Program-made: the position numbers and the translations under genes
Part shown: positions 17,436 to 26,455 of the stretch, piece by piece
Position numbering within the stretch: the stretch's first letter is position 1
Layout: each line of letters opens with the position of its first letter
Origin: a bacterium
Lineage (GTDB): Bacteria; Verrucomicrobiota; Verrucomicrobiia; Opitutales; UBA953
Assembly (NCBI GenBank): GCA_009926645.1
Contig: RFOO01000001.1
Location: forward strand, 1-26,967
Direction of reading: 5' to 3'
Length of the DNA stretch: 26,967 bases
The notes under the pieces: generated by a model
Told to the model about the DNA's origin: nothing
Databases searched by the model: none
What the model saw: only the letters and a program-made list of their open reading frames with translations

Positions 17436-18767
17436 TTATGATTCGGGCGAGAAGATGCGAAGGAGGAAGGGTTCCTCAAGCACCGTCTTTAAACGTCTCA
17501 GTTCAGCAAGAACAGCCCCCATTTTGCGTTCGCTGACTGGATAGGTTGAAAGCGTCACCGTGCCACGACCTTGATTGGGGTGTTCGTACTGAATAACGCG
17601 GGCAATAGAAACCTTGTGCTTGGTAAAAATGCGATAAACACCTTCAGAAACACCCGCTTTATCTAAGAGAGACAGGCGAAGGTAGAAGGGGGAGACAATT
17701 TCATCCAGCTCTGCCATGCGGATTTTTTGGCCCTGTTTTTCTCGAGCCTGTAAATCATCAAGTGAAAGACCTTGGCGAGCTGACCCCGTGAGTGAGGCGA
17801 TGGCATCGATGATATCGCCGATGACAGCTGATGCGGTAGCGTCTTGGCCTGCTCCACGTCCTGCCAAAGTGGTCGCACCAACGACGTCACCTCGTAAGGT
17901 GATGCCATTGTTCACTCCCGAAACGCGAGCGAGAATATCCCCATTAGGAACAAGAGCAGGGTAGACGCCAACGGTCATCCAATCTTTCTCAAAATTGCGT
18001 CGAATTACCGCGAGATGTTTTAGAGCGAATCCAAAGCGTCGGGCGAAATCGATATCGGCAGGACCGATGTTGCGAATGCCTTCGACGAGGGTGCGATTGC
18101 GCGGAGCCCACTTACCATGAGCCAACCAGGCTAAAATCGATGCTTTATGCCAAGCATCAATACCATCGACATCCAAGGTGGGATCGGCTTCCGCATAGCC
18201 GAGTTCCTGCGCTTCTTTGAGTGCATCAGCGAAGGAAAGACCATCTTCGCCCATGCGGGTTAAGATGTGGTTACAGGTGCCATTGAGAATACCGACAATG
18301 AGTTCAAAATGATTCGCGGCGAGGCCTTCACGAATGGCTTTGATGATGGGGATGCCTCCCGCAACGCTGGCTTCAAAAAGGAATTGTCCTCCGTGCTGTC
18401 TTACAGCCTGGAAAATTTCAGGTCCATGCTCGCAGAGGAGTGCTTTGTTTGCCGAAACAACGACTTTTCCTTGGCGTAGTGCTCGCAGTGTGCACTCGCG
18501 AGCCTTCGTGGTTCCTCCGATTAATTCACAGACGACATGAACTTTGGGGTCGTCGATAACTTCAAAAGGATTGGGGGTTAGTTTGGCGGAACTGATTTTA
18601 ACTTCACGTTTCTTCTTTAAGTTTCGGACGGCGACTTTGCGTAAATCGAGTTTTACTCCGAGACGGGATTCGAGGTCGGATTTTTTTTCGGTTAAATGTT
18701 TCCAAACACCTTGGCCGACGGTGCCAAAGCCGAGAATACCGATGCCGATAGTACGAGAGGTTTTCAT
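17436..18767 (-). CDS. hom: Homoserine dehydrogenase with C-terminal ACT-like domain
   Basis: GILGFGTVG, VVSANKA, FEASVAGGIPII, GILNGTCN, AQELGYAEADPTLDVDG and GRGAG. Confidence 0.96.
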   Translation of the reverse strand: MKTSRTIGIGILGFGTVGQGVWKHLTEKKSDLESRLGVKLDLRKVAVRNLKKKREVKISSAKLTPNPFEVIDDPKVHVVCELIGGTTKARECTLRALRQGKVVVSANKALLCEHGPEIFQAVRQHGGQFLFEASVAGGIPIIKAIREGLAANHFELIVGILNGTCNHILTRMGEDGLSFADALKEAQELGYAEADPTLDVDGIDAWHKASILAWLAHGKWAPRNRTLVEGIRNIGPADIDFARRFGFALKHLAVIRRNFEKDWMTVGVYPALVPNGDILARVSGVNNGITLRGDVVGATTLAGRGAGQDATASAVIGDIIDAIASLTGSARQGLSLDDLQAREKQGQKIRMAELDEIVSPFYLRLSLLDKAGVSEGVYRIFTKHKVSIARVIQYEHPNQGRGTVTLSTYPVSERKMGAVLAELRRLKTVLEEPFLLRIFSPES

Positions 18768-19465
18768 GAATGATATTTTTTCTTCCCTTCACCAAATCGA
18801 AGTTCAGTGCCTTGACGAAGGCGACTTAGGTTTGATCGATGGGTCCAAAGATTAAACAGGGCAATGATTGAAGCAAAAACGATTTTGGTCGGATCGCTTG
18901 GGCTGGATGCAATCAGATGGAGAACAATGCAGGTTAAGGGTAGGGAAGTACTTAGGCCGATTGAAGCGACGGAAACGTAGCGTGTCGTAAAAAATAAAAT
19001 CACCCAGATGAGTGCACCGATAAGAATCGGTATGGGAAGTATCACGAGTAATCCGCCAATGGTTGAGGCAACACCTTTGCCTCCTTTGAAGTTAAGAAAA
19101 ATCGAAAAACAATGGCCGAGAATCGTACCTGTAAAACCTGCAATCAGCTGATAAAGTGTGGCGGCTGAGTTTAAATCAAAAGGGATTTTACTGACCTCGC
19201 CCCAGTTCGATGAAATGCCCCAGAAAACGAAAAAAGGGAGAAAAGTGCCAACCGCACCTTTCATAACATCCAACGCAAAAACAAGATTCCCCGCGCGTTT
19301 ACCAACCACGCGTTTGACATTGGTTGCACCAGGATTGCCTGAGCCTTCCTTGAGTATGTCAAAACCTTGAGATTTGGCGACTAGGACAGCGAAGTTGAGG
19401 GAGCCAAGAATATAGCCCGTAACGGTGCAGAGACCAATAGCGAGAATGAGTAGGGCCGTTTCCAT
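18764..19465 (-). CDS. plsY: Glycerol-3-phosphate acyltransferase
   Basis: GYILGS, GSGNPGATNV, DVMKG, GHCFSIFLNFKGGKGVAS and HRSNLSRL.GTE. Confidence 0.96.
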   Translation of the reverse strand: METALLILAIGLCTVTGYILGSLNFAVLVAKSQGFDILKEGSGNPGATNVKRVVGKRAGNLVFALDVMKGAVGTFLPFFVFWGISSNWGEVSKIPFDLNSAATLYQLIAGFTGTILGHCFSIFLNFKGGKGVASTIGGLLVILPIPILIGALIWVILFFTTRYVSVASIGLSTSLPLTCIVLHLIASSPSDPTKIVFASIIALFNLWTHRSNLSRLRQGTELRFGEGKKKYHS

Positions 19466-19470
19466 ATCAC

Positions 19471-21060
19471 CTACGCATCGATGAGCGATGCGCTCACGAT
19501 GGCTGGGTTGCGCAGAATTTCTTTGATCGTCGCCTCGCTCGGAGCGGTGTCCAACTGGTAAACAGCCAAGGCATTTTCTCCGCCAACACGACTTAATGCC
19601 ATGCTGCCGATGTTGACGCGTTCTTTGGATAACAAGGTTCCCAGGTTCCCGATAATGCCTGGTTGATCTTGGTTTTCGATGAAGAGCAATTTACCTTCAG
19701 GAATAAACTCTATGGTGCGATTGTTGATCGAGACGATACGAGGGGATTGTGCTTTACCCAAAATCGTGCCCGCCGCGGAGATGATTTTTCCATTGGCGAG
19801 GATGGCTTCCACGAGAATCAGTTCTTTGTAATCAGCCTCTGCCGTTGAGCGAACTGACTGAACTTCAACACCCAAGGCTTTAAGTTTGCTGGGGGCATTC
19901 ACGTCATTAACGCCTTCGAGAATGCCACGAAGGTAGCCTCGCTGAACGGCACGTGAAATGGCGCCGGCACCTTGTTCGGATCCTGTGCCAAAGGTTGTCA
20001 GTCTTAATGACTCGATTCGACCAGGAGCCGCGAGTTGTCGAACGATGGCGCCGAGTTTTTCAGCCAGCGATAAGAACGGACGAATGGTCGAGAGTGTCTG
20101 GGAGTCGACCGACGGGAGGTTGACCGCATTGGCTGGTGAACCGCCGTTTAAAACAGCAATCGCGGCTTCGGCTACTTCAACGCCGACATTTTCTTGTGCT
20201 TCAGCGGTTGACGCACCGAGGTGGGGAGAAAGGTGAGCTTTAGGAAGGGTGCGTAAAACATGGTCCTTGGCTAAAGGCTCATCAACAAACACGTCGAAAC
20301 CACAGCCACCACATTGGCCTGATTGTAAAGCTTCTGCGAGAGCGGCTTCATCAACAATACCTCCGCGGGCACAGTTCACAATCTTTACGCCCTTCTTCAT
20401 TTTCGCAAAAGCGGCTTTGCCAACCATGCCCTCGGTTTGGGCGGTCAGTGGCATGTGCACGGTAATGTAATCCGAAAGACCAAAGACTTCATCGAGAGTC
20501 GCCATCGTAACGCCAAGGGCTTTGGCACGGGCTTCGGTTAAGTAAGGATCGTAAGCGAGTACGCGCATTCCGAAAGCAATCGCGCGTTTAGCGACTTCTG
20601 CGCCGATTCGACCTAAACCCAGAACTCCCAGGCTTTTACCAAAGAGTTCGGTGCCAGAGAGAGTCTTTCGATCCCACTTACCTTCGCGCATTGATTGAAT
20701 CGCTTCGGGTACTGGACGAGCGAGGGAGAGTAGGTGAGTGAAAGTGAGTTCGGCCGTGGCGATGGTATTGCCCGAAGGGGTGTTCATCACAATCACTCCG
20801 CGCTCAGTGGCAGCATCGACATCGATGTTGTCGACTCCTACGCCTGCTCGACCAACGCACACCAGACGAGGGGCGGCGGCTAAAACCTCACGGGTAATTT
20901 GTGTTTCCGAACGAACTAAAATGGCATGCACATCTTCGACGAGAGTGAGGATTTTTTCAGGGGAGGAACCATAGGCCTCAATGACCTCGTAGCCTGGTTG
21001 GGCTTTGAGGAGGGAAACTCCAGTGGGTGAAATTTTATCAGCAACAAGGACCTTAGGCAT
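19471..21060 (-). CDS. serA: D-3-phosphoglycerate dehydrogenase (long form with ASB and ACT domains)
   Basis: GRAGVGVDNID, NTPSGN, LGLGRIG, VNCARGG, DVFVDEP, PHLGASTAEAQ and C-terminal NQDQPGIIG...NIGSMAL. Confidence 0.96.
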   Translation of the reverse strand: MPKVLVADKISPTGVSLLKAQPGYEVIEAYGSSPEKILTLVEDVHAILVRSETQITREVLAAAPRLVCVGRAGVGVDNIDVDAATERGVIVMNTPSGNTIATAELTFTHLLSLARPVPEAIQSMREGKWDRKTLSGTELFGKSLGVLGLGRIGAEVAKRAIAFGMRVLAYDPYLTEARAKALGVTMATLDEVFGLSDYITVHMPLTAQTEGMVGKAAFAKMKKGVKIVNCARGGIVDEAALAEALQSGQCGGCGFDVFVDEPLAKDHVLRTLPKAHLSPHLGASTAEAQENVGVEVAEAAIAVLNGGSPANAVNLPSVDSQTLSTIRPFLSLAEKLGAIVRQLAAPGRIESLRLTTFGTGSEQGAGAISRAVQRGYLRGILEGVNDVNAPSKLKALGVEVQSVRSTAEADYKELILVEAILANGKIISAAGTILGKAQSPRIVSINNRTIEFIPEGKLLFIENQDQPGIIGNLGTLLSKERVNIGSMALSRVGGENALAVYQLDTAPSEATIKEILRNPAIVSASLIDA

Positions 21061-21149
21061 GGTAATAGGGAAATGGATGAGTGATTTGAGTCATAAATGC
21101 TCACCTTTGGCAATGGCAAGCCACTACCCAATCACCCTTGTCATAAGGC

Positions 21150-23201
21150 TTAAAATCGGCGGTGTGTATAATCCGCTAATTCGTAACATTCTGGGCTCAT
21201 TTCCTCAAGAAAACGACAACGGTCAAGTGGGCGATACCCTTCGCCAGCAGTCGTGAAACGCGGAGTGAATAAGTAGAGGGTGTTTTCAGCCCGTGTACAA
21301 GCGACATAGAAGAGCCGTCTTTCCTCTTCAACATCCCCCTCGTCGATGGCACGTGTCAGGGGAAGTAATCCATCGGCGACACCAATGAGGAAAACAATGG
21401 GAAATTCCAATCCTTTCGACTGATGGATGGTGGTTAAACGCAAAGTGTCTTGTTCGGGCTCAGGTTTTTTATCGGATGTCTCGCCATTGAGGAGGATGAC
21501 TTGGGCGACCAGATCTCCGAGGTCTTCAAATTTTGCCGCAAATCCAATTAAACTGATCAGGTCTTGTTCGCGGTCTTTCCAATCCGGGAAAAGGGTTTTG
21601 ATGTGGGATCCATACCAACCCTCAACGCAGACCCGAACCGTTTCAGCCGGAGTGCGGGCAATTTTTTCCTCTTCCTTTTCGCGGGCGGCTTGAAAAAGGT
21701 CTCGCGCTGGTGAGGCGGGCGGTGCCTTCTGTTGGGCATTTTCAATGCCCTCTAACATATCTTCCAGTGTGATAGTAAGGTCTTGAAAATCGTCTTTAGC
21801 GATCTCGGTTACTTTCTTTAAGACAGCCGAGTCTCGCAAGGCACGGATGAGACCGCGACCTTGTTGGAGAGCCACTTCTTGTGCTGCGCGAATAATTTTA
21901 TCTGCTGCAACAGGTCCGACTTTAGGTAATAAACAAAGTAAACGAGAGAGGGCTACCTGGTCATTGGGGTTATGAATGACGCGTAAATGAGCCAAAACAT
22001 CTTTGACATGAATGAGGTCAAAAAACTTATGTCCGCTAGTAATCACAAAAGGAATACCAAGGGCATTAAGTTCCATTTGTAATTCGAGCGACTGGTAATG
22101 AGCTCGATATAAAATATGCATCTCAGACAAGGGGTGCCCTTCCTGATGAAGTTGAAGAATTTTTCTTCCGACAATTTTGGCCTGTTGCGATGTATCGCCT
22201 ACGTTGAAAACCACAGGTTTATTGCCTGAATGACGCACTGCTTGCAGGTGGCGATCAAACCCATCGACGGCGGGTCGATGAGAAAGGATTTCGTTCGCAA
22301 AAGCTAAGATTTCTGGGGTGGAACGATAATTGGTATTAATCGTATAGATTTGAGTATGCGGATGTCGCTGAGGAAAGGTGACGATATTTTCCCAATCGGC
22401 ACCACGCCAAGTGTAGATACACTGAGCGTCATCACCGACCGCCATGATTTGATGTTCAGCTGCGAGTAGATCGATAATCTTACTTTGCAATCGATTGGTG
22501 TCTTGGAACTCATCCACCAGAAGGTATTGAAAACGTCGGCGATAGTGCTCGAGGACGCTTCCATCGGTTTCCAGGAGTTTAAGCCACAGCACTAAAAGGT
22601 CATCGAAGTCGCAAACATTGCGCTCTTTTTTTGCACTCTCATAGGCCTCACAAAAACGGAGACATTTCTCCGAGCCACCTTTCATCCAATCGAGTCGTTC
22701 ACGCAATACCTCTTCAACCGGTCGCAGGGTATTACGTGCATGAGAGTAAGCATCTAAAATAACGGGTGCCTTAGGGTTGGTCTTATCTTTGATGAAAGCA
22801 CCATCTGCTTCTTTAATGATGCCTGAAAAAAGTTGTTCCGACTCTTTTTGATCGAGGATGGTAAAATCGGGACTTCGATTAACAACGGCGGCATGTCGAC
22901 GAAGGATGCGTTGTCCAATCGAGTGAAATGTTCCTCCCCAGAATTGTCCGCGTGGTACACCGGTTAAGTCCTCGACCCGCTCCAACATTTCTTTGGCGGA
23001 TTTATTGGTAAATGTGAGAAGAAGAATATCCCAAGGTTTAACTCCTTGGTGAAGTAGCCAGGCGACGCGATAAGTGAGCGTTCGTGTTTTACCTGAGCCT
23101 GCTCCAGCCAGGACTAACGCTGGTCCGCGTGGAGAAGTGACGGCGGCGTATTGTTCGGCGTTTAACTCTGCACGAAAATTGACAGGGGGTAGTCCGTCCA
23201 C
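21150..23201 (-). CDS. UvrD/Rep/PcrA-family (SF1A) ATP-dependent DNA helicase
   Basis: LAGAGSGKT, LTFTNK, GTFHS, LVDEFQDTN, VGDDAQCIY, NYRST, TIHQSKGLEF and EEERRLFYVACTRA. GTG start. Confidence 0.95.
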   Translation of the reverse strand: MDGLPPVNFRAELNAEQYAAVTSPRGPALVLAGAGSGKTRTLTYRVAWLLHQGVKPWDILLLTFTNKSAKEMLERVEDLTGVPRGQFWGGTFHSIGQRILRRHAAVVNRSPDFTILDQKESEQLFSGIIKEADGAFIKDKTNPKAPVILDAYSHARNTLRPVEEVLRERLDWMKGGSEKCLRFCEAYESAKKERNVCDFDDLLVLWLKLLETDGSVLEHYRRRFQYLLVDEFQDTNRLQSKIIDLLAAEHQIMAVGDDAQCIYTWRGADWENIVTFPQRHPHTQIYTINTNYRSTPEILAFANEILSHRPAVDGFDRHLQAVRHSGNKPVVFNVGDTSQQAKIVGRKILQLHQEGHPLSEMHILYRAHYQSLELQMELNALGIPFVITSGHKFFDLIHVKDVLAHLRVIHNPNDQVALSRLLCLLPKVGPVAADKIIRAAQEVALQQGRGLIRALRDSAVLKKVTEIAKDDFQDLTITLEDMLEGIENAQQKAPPASPARDLFQAAREKEEEKIARTPAETVRVCVEGWYGSHIKTLFPDWKDREQDLISLIGFAAKFEDLGDLVAQVILLNGETSDKKPEPEQDTLRLTTIHQSKGLEFPIVFLIGVADGLLPLTRAIDEGDVEEERRLFYVACTRAENTLYLFTPRFTTAGEGYRPLDRCRFLEEMSPECYELADYTHRRF

Positions 23202-23204
23202 GGC

Positions 23205-24092
23205 TTAGGGTGCGAGGCGTTGACGTCGAGCCAGCAGGTCAAATTTAACGACCTGCTCATCTGCTTTGTAGGATGAGCGCACGAGGGGTCCGGATTCAAC
23301 GTGTTTGATGCCAGCAGCGAGAGCCACTTTTTTCCACTCCGCAAATTCATCGGGGTGAACCCAGCGATCAATGGGTGCGTGCTCTTTGCTGGGAGAGAGG
23401 TACTGTCCGATGGTAAGAATGTCGACTTGGGCTGCCGCGATATCGCGAATCAATTGGGCAATCTCTTCGGATCGTTCGCCAATGCCCAGCATCACTCCTG
23501 TTTTAGTGATAAAGCCTCGGGATTTTGCATGTTTGAGAACCCAAAAAGAGCGATCGTAACGTGCGGTTTTGCGGACAGGACGTTGTAGTCGTTCAACGGT
23601 CTCTAGGTTATGGTTAAGAATATCTGGCCGGGCATCGAGCAGGGTGTCGAGATGCTCTTGCTCTCCACGAAAATCAGCCGGCAAAACTTCTATGGTGGTT
23701 GAAGGATTGCGATGGCGTGTGGCGCGGATGGTTGCGGCCCAAACGGAAGCACCACCATCTTTTAAGTCATCCCGAGCAACCGAGGTAATGACCACATGGC
23801 GAAGTTTCATTTGCGCAATCGACTCAGCGACACGGGCTGGTTCGCCGAGATCGAGTTCGCTGGGGCGACCAGAGAGAACTGCACAGAAGGTGCAGGAGCG
23901 TGTGCAGATGTTGCCCAGAATCATTACCGTGGCTGTTCCACGAGACCAGCATTCGCCGAGGTTAGGGCATTGGGCTGATTGGCAAACCGTGTGGAGTTTG
24001 TGTTCATCCACATTTTTCCTCGTCTCCAAGTAGTCGGGTCCACTGGGGAGTTGGGCGCGGAGCCATTCAGGTTTGCGGGCAGACTCAATCAT
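23205..24092 (-). CDS. lipA: Lipoyl synthase
   Basis: CX4CX5C (CQSAQCPNLGEC), radical SAM CX3CX2C (CTRSCTFC), ITSVARDDL and C-terminal RSSY. Confidence 0.97.
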   Translation of the reverse strand: MIESARKPEWLRAQLPSGPDYLETRKNVDEHKLHTVCQSAQCPNLGECWSRGTATVMILGNICTRSCTFCAVLSGRPSELDLGEPARVAESIAQMKLRHVVITSVARDDLKDGGASVWAATIRATRHRNPSTTIEVLPADFRGEQEHLDTLLDARPDILNHNLETVERLQRPVRKTARYDRSFWVLKHAKSRGFITKTGVMLGIGERSEEIAQLIRDIAAAQVDILTIGQYLSPSKEHAPIDRWVHPDEFAEWKKVALAAGIKHVESGPLVRSSYKADEQVVKFDLLARRQRLAP

Positions 24093-24140
24093 TGGAGTTA
24101 AGTACCATTACGGATTATCGATATTTTTCAACTTAAACAA

Positions 24141-24174
24141 AAAGGGGCGTTCCCCTATCCGAGAACGCCCCTTT
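24141..24174 (-). terminator. Intrinsic terminator after the porin-like gene
   Basis: 12-bp stem AAAGGGGCGTTC/GAACGCCCCTTT with a 10-nt loop. On the - strand the stem ends in a U-run (TTTTTGTTT). Confidence 0.8.
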
Positions 24175-24194
24175 GCTATGATATCCTTAGCGGA

Positions 24195-24866
24195 TTAGAA
24201 GGTCTTCTTCAGCGTGAAAGCGGTGAGACCATCAATGGTGCTGTCACCGTTGGAGTACACGAGAGAAGCAACGAGTCCAGCAACAGGGTAGGAGAGACCA
24301 ACGGAGTAGTCGTCTACGGTGCTGTTAGAACCGCTAGAGTCTTTCCAACCATAGTGGAGGGAGAGATCAAGGCCCTTGATAGCAGGAATGCTGTATACGT
24401 AGCCGAGTTCATAGTAGTAACCATGGTCGGTGTAACCAGAACCAGAGACGCTGTTAGCAACTTCTTTGGAAACTTTGGCGGTTAAACCTGCATAAGAAGC
24501 AGCGACGTTAACTTCAGAGAAGGTGGAGGAAACGTCAGACTGATAGGTGTAAGCGATGTAGCCAACAGAGAGGTCTACTGAGCCAACTTTGAAGCCGTAG
24601 TTAGCATAGAGGTCAACTTCAGTGCCCGAAGAGAGGCTCGAAGCCCATACGCCAGCTGAGAGACCGCTGGAGTGAGCAACGTCGAAGCCGCCTTGAACGG
24701 CGATGCTGTTGTTGTTTTGGGAAACGCCACGCCAGACGTAGTTGCTGGTGAGGGCGATGTTAGCGCTTTGGCTCCAAGCAGAAGCAGGAGCGGCAGCAGG
24801 AGCGGCATCAGCGAAAGCCGAAGCAGCAACGAGGGTGAGGGTGGTGATAGAAGCAATATGTTTCAT
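24195..24866 (-). CDS. TorF-like / TIGR02001-type outer-membrane beta-barrel protein
   Basis: Signal peptide. NIALTSNYVWRGVSQ, AVQGGFD, AGVWAS, EVDLYANY and YIAYTY match this family. C-terminal Phe (LKKTF). Confidence 0.82.
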   Translation of the reverse strand: MKHIASITTLTLVAASAFADAAPAAAPASAWSQSANIALTSNYVWRGVSQNNNSIAVQGGFDVAHSSGLSAGVWASSLSSGTEVDLYANYGFKVGSVDLSVGYIAYTYQSDVSSTFSEVNVAASYAGLTAKVSKEVANSVSGSGYTDHGYYYELGYVYSIPAIKGLDLSLHYGWKDSSGSNSTVDDYSVGLSYPVAGLVASLVYSNGDSTIDGLTAFTLKKTF

Positions 24867-24883
24867 AAGCGATTCCCTACGTA

Positions 24884-24898
24884 ACTATCTCCGTGCCA
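24884..24898 (-). promoter_or_regulatory. Possible sigma54 -24/-12 element upstream of the porin gene
   Basis: TGGCACGGAGATAGT has a perfect -24 box and correct spacing, but the -12 box is TAGT instead of TTGC. Confidence 0.3.
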
Positions 24899-25009
24899 AT
24901 GTCCAACAAAAGTTTTTCCTGATTAAATGCGGGCTCAATGGGGGTCTAGAAATGGGCACAATGCCCAAAAATAGCCCAAAAATACAGAAAAACCATGTCA
25001 AAATGCCAC

Positions 25010-26455
25010 TTAAGTTCTTTGATTTAGGGCTTTTTTGTAGCAGGCGAGATAACTTTCAGCAGCAGATTTCCAACTGAACTGGCACTTCATTCCCTTTTTT
25101 TGCACTGCTTTGTAAGCCTTGGAGTCAGCATAAAGCTCGAGTGCCTGTGAGAGTGCCCACTCGATCGCTTTGCTGTCAGCATCATGGAAAACAATACCAG
25201 TCGCCTCTTTGCTTCCTGGTGTCCAAGGTTTAACGGTGTCGGCTAATCCGCCGGTCGATCGGACAATGGGCACGGTGCCATAGGCGAGTGAGTAGAGTTG
25301 ATTTAATCCACAGGGTTCAAAGCGACTGGGCATTAAAAAGAAATCGGACCCTGCTTCAATTTGATGCGCGAGGGCATTGTCATAACCAAAGCGAACAGCC
25401 ACTTGCAAAGGGAATTCTTCCGCTAAATTTCGAAATGCGTTTTCGAGTGCGATATCGCCGCTACCCAAAAGAACAAACTGGATTTTACCTTCCTGTAAAA
25501 AGCGACGCAGAGGGTGTAAGGTTAAATCCAAACCTTTTTGCTCCCACAAACGTGAAACCACGCCAATCAAGGGTAGGTTAGGATTAGGATCCAAGTTTAA
25601 CTTTTTCTGCAGGTCGAGTTTACAGGCTTTTTTCCCGGCTAACTTTTTTTCGGAAAAGTTTTGTGCAATCTGTGGGTCGGTCTGGGGGTCCCAATCGTCA
25701 CCATCTACTCCATTCAGAATGCCTTCGAGGTCGTTTTGGCGGCGACGAATGTATTCATCGAGTCCAAAGCCATAAGCAGGGGTGAGGATTTCTTTAGCGT
25801 ATGTCGGACTGACCGTGGTCACCTTAGTGGCATGAAGAATTCCTCCTTTAAGGAAGTTGATGCCACCAAAGCATTCAAGCTCATCGGGATGGTAAAGCCA
25901 TTCGGGGAGATTGAGAAAAGGTAGAATTCTCCGTCCATGGATGCCTTGGTGTTGGAGATTGTGTATGGTGAGAACCGAAGCGGTACGACCGAGAAAAGTG
26001 CCTTTGGCGGTGGTGTTTAAAAGAACGGGAACAAGTCCAGTGGTCCAATCGTGACAATGAATCACGTCCGGAATCCAATCCATCGCTAAACAAATATCGA
26101 GCGCCGCACGGCTGAGAAAAGCAGCTCTTTCACCAGCATCTTCCCGCGCAGGGTAAATTTCAGAAGAACCATAGTAGTCTTCATGCTCAATAAACCATGC
26201 TTCACATTTTTCCGTAACGTTCGTTTGTCGAATGCGACAGTGGGCTTTGGCGGGATCGCCTGCGACATGAACCTTGAGCGAGGGGATCAGAATAGGAAAA
26301 TCTTCGCGACCAGCGATCGAGCCGTAAAGAGGGGTCACTACACGAATTTGGTGCTGTTCCTGTGCAAGAGCCTTAACCAAGCCTGCCGTTGCATCTCCCA
26401 ACCCGCCCGCCTTTGACCAGGGCGTAAGTTCTGGGGTGATGTGTAAAATTTTCAT
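25010..26455 (-). CDS. glgA: Glycogen/starch synthase
   Basis: KxGGL motif (WSKAGGLGD), HCHDWTTG, TIHNLQHQG, TVSPTYA.EI, SRLWEQKG, MPSRFEPCGLNQL and GGLADTV. Confidence 0.96.
   Translation of the reverse strand: MKILHITPELTPWSKAGGLGDATAGLVKALAQEQHQIRVVTPLYGSIAGREDFPILIPSLKVHVAGDPAKAHCRIRQTNVTEKCEAWFIEHEDYYGSSEIYPAREDAGERAAFLSRAALDICLAMDWIPDVIHCHDWTTGLVPVLLNTTAKGTFLGRTASVLTIHNLQHQGIHGRRILPFLNLPEWLYHPDELECFGGINFLKGGILHATKVTTVSPTYAKEILTPAYGFGLDEYIRRRQNDLEGILNGVDGDDWDPQTDPQIAQNFSEKKLAGKKACKLDLQKKLNLDPNPNLPLIGVVSRLWEQKGLDLTLHPLRRFLQEGKIQFVLLGSGDIALENAFRNLAEEFPLQVAVRFGYDNALAHQIEAGSDFFLMPSRFEPCGLNQLYSLAYGTVPIVRSTGGLADTVKPWTPGSKEATGIVFHDADSKAIEWALSQALELYADSKAYKAVQKKGMKCQFSWKSAAESYLACYKKALNQRT

Noticed and set aside
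17430-17440. Lysine riboswitch or attenuator ahead of lysC
   Set aside because: lysC starts 6 nt after the hom stop, leaving no room for a leader.
21095-21125. Sigma54-like TGGCTTGCCATTGC upstream of serA
   Set aside because: GG-to-GC spacing is 9 nt, not the required 10.
23569-24033. 154-aa + strand ORF and the other short ORFs overlapping acnA, the TPR gene, serA, uvrD, lipA and glgA
   Set aside because: They are antisense or alternate-frame shadows of well-supported genes, with no recognisable motifs.
24784-24807. 12-bp tandem repeat GCAGGAGCGGCA x2
   Set aside because: It encodes the Ala/Pro linker after the porin signal peptide; only two copies, with no spacer structure.
24742-25077. 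111-aa + strand ORF with an Ala-rich N-terminus
   Set aside because: It is the antisense of the porin signal/linker region, runs through the intergenic DNA and into the glgA end, and has no independent support.
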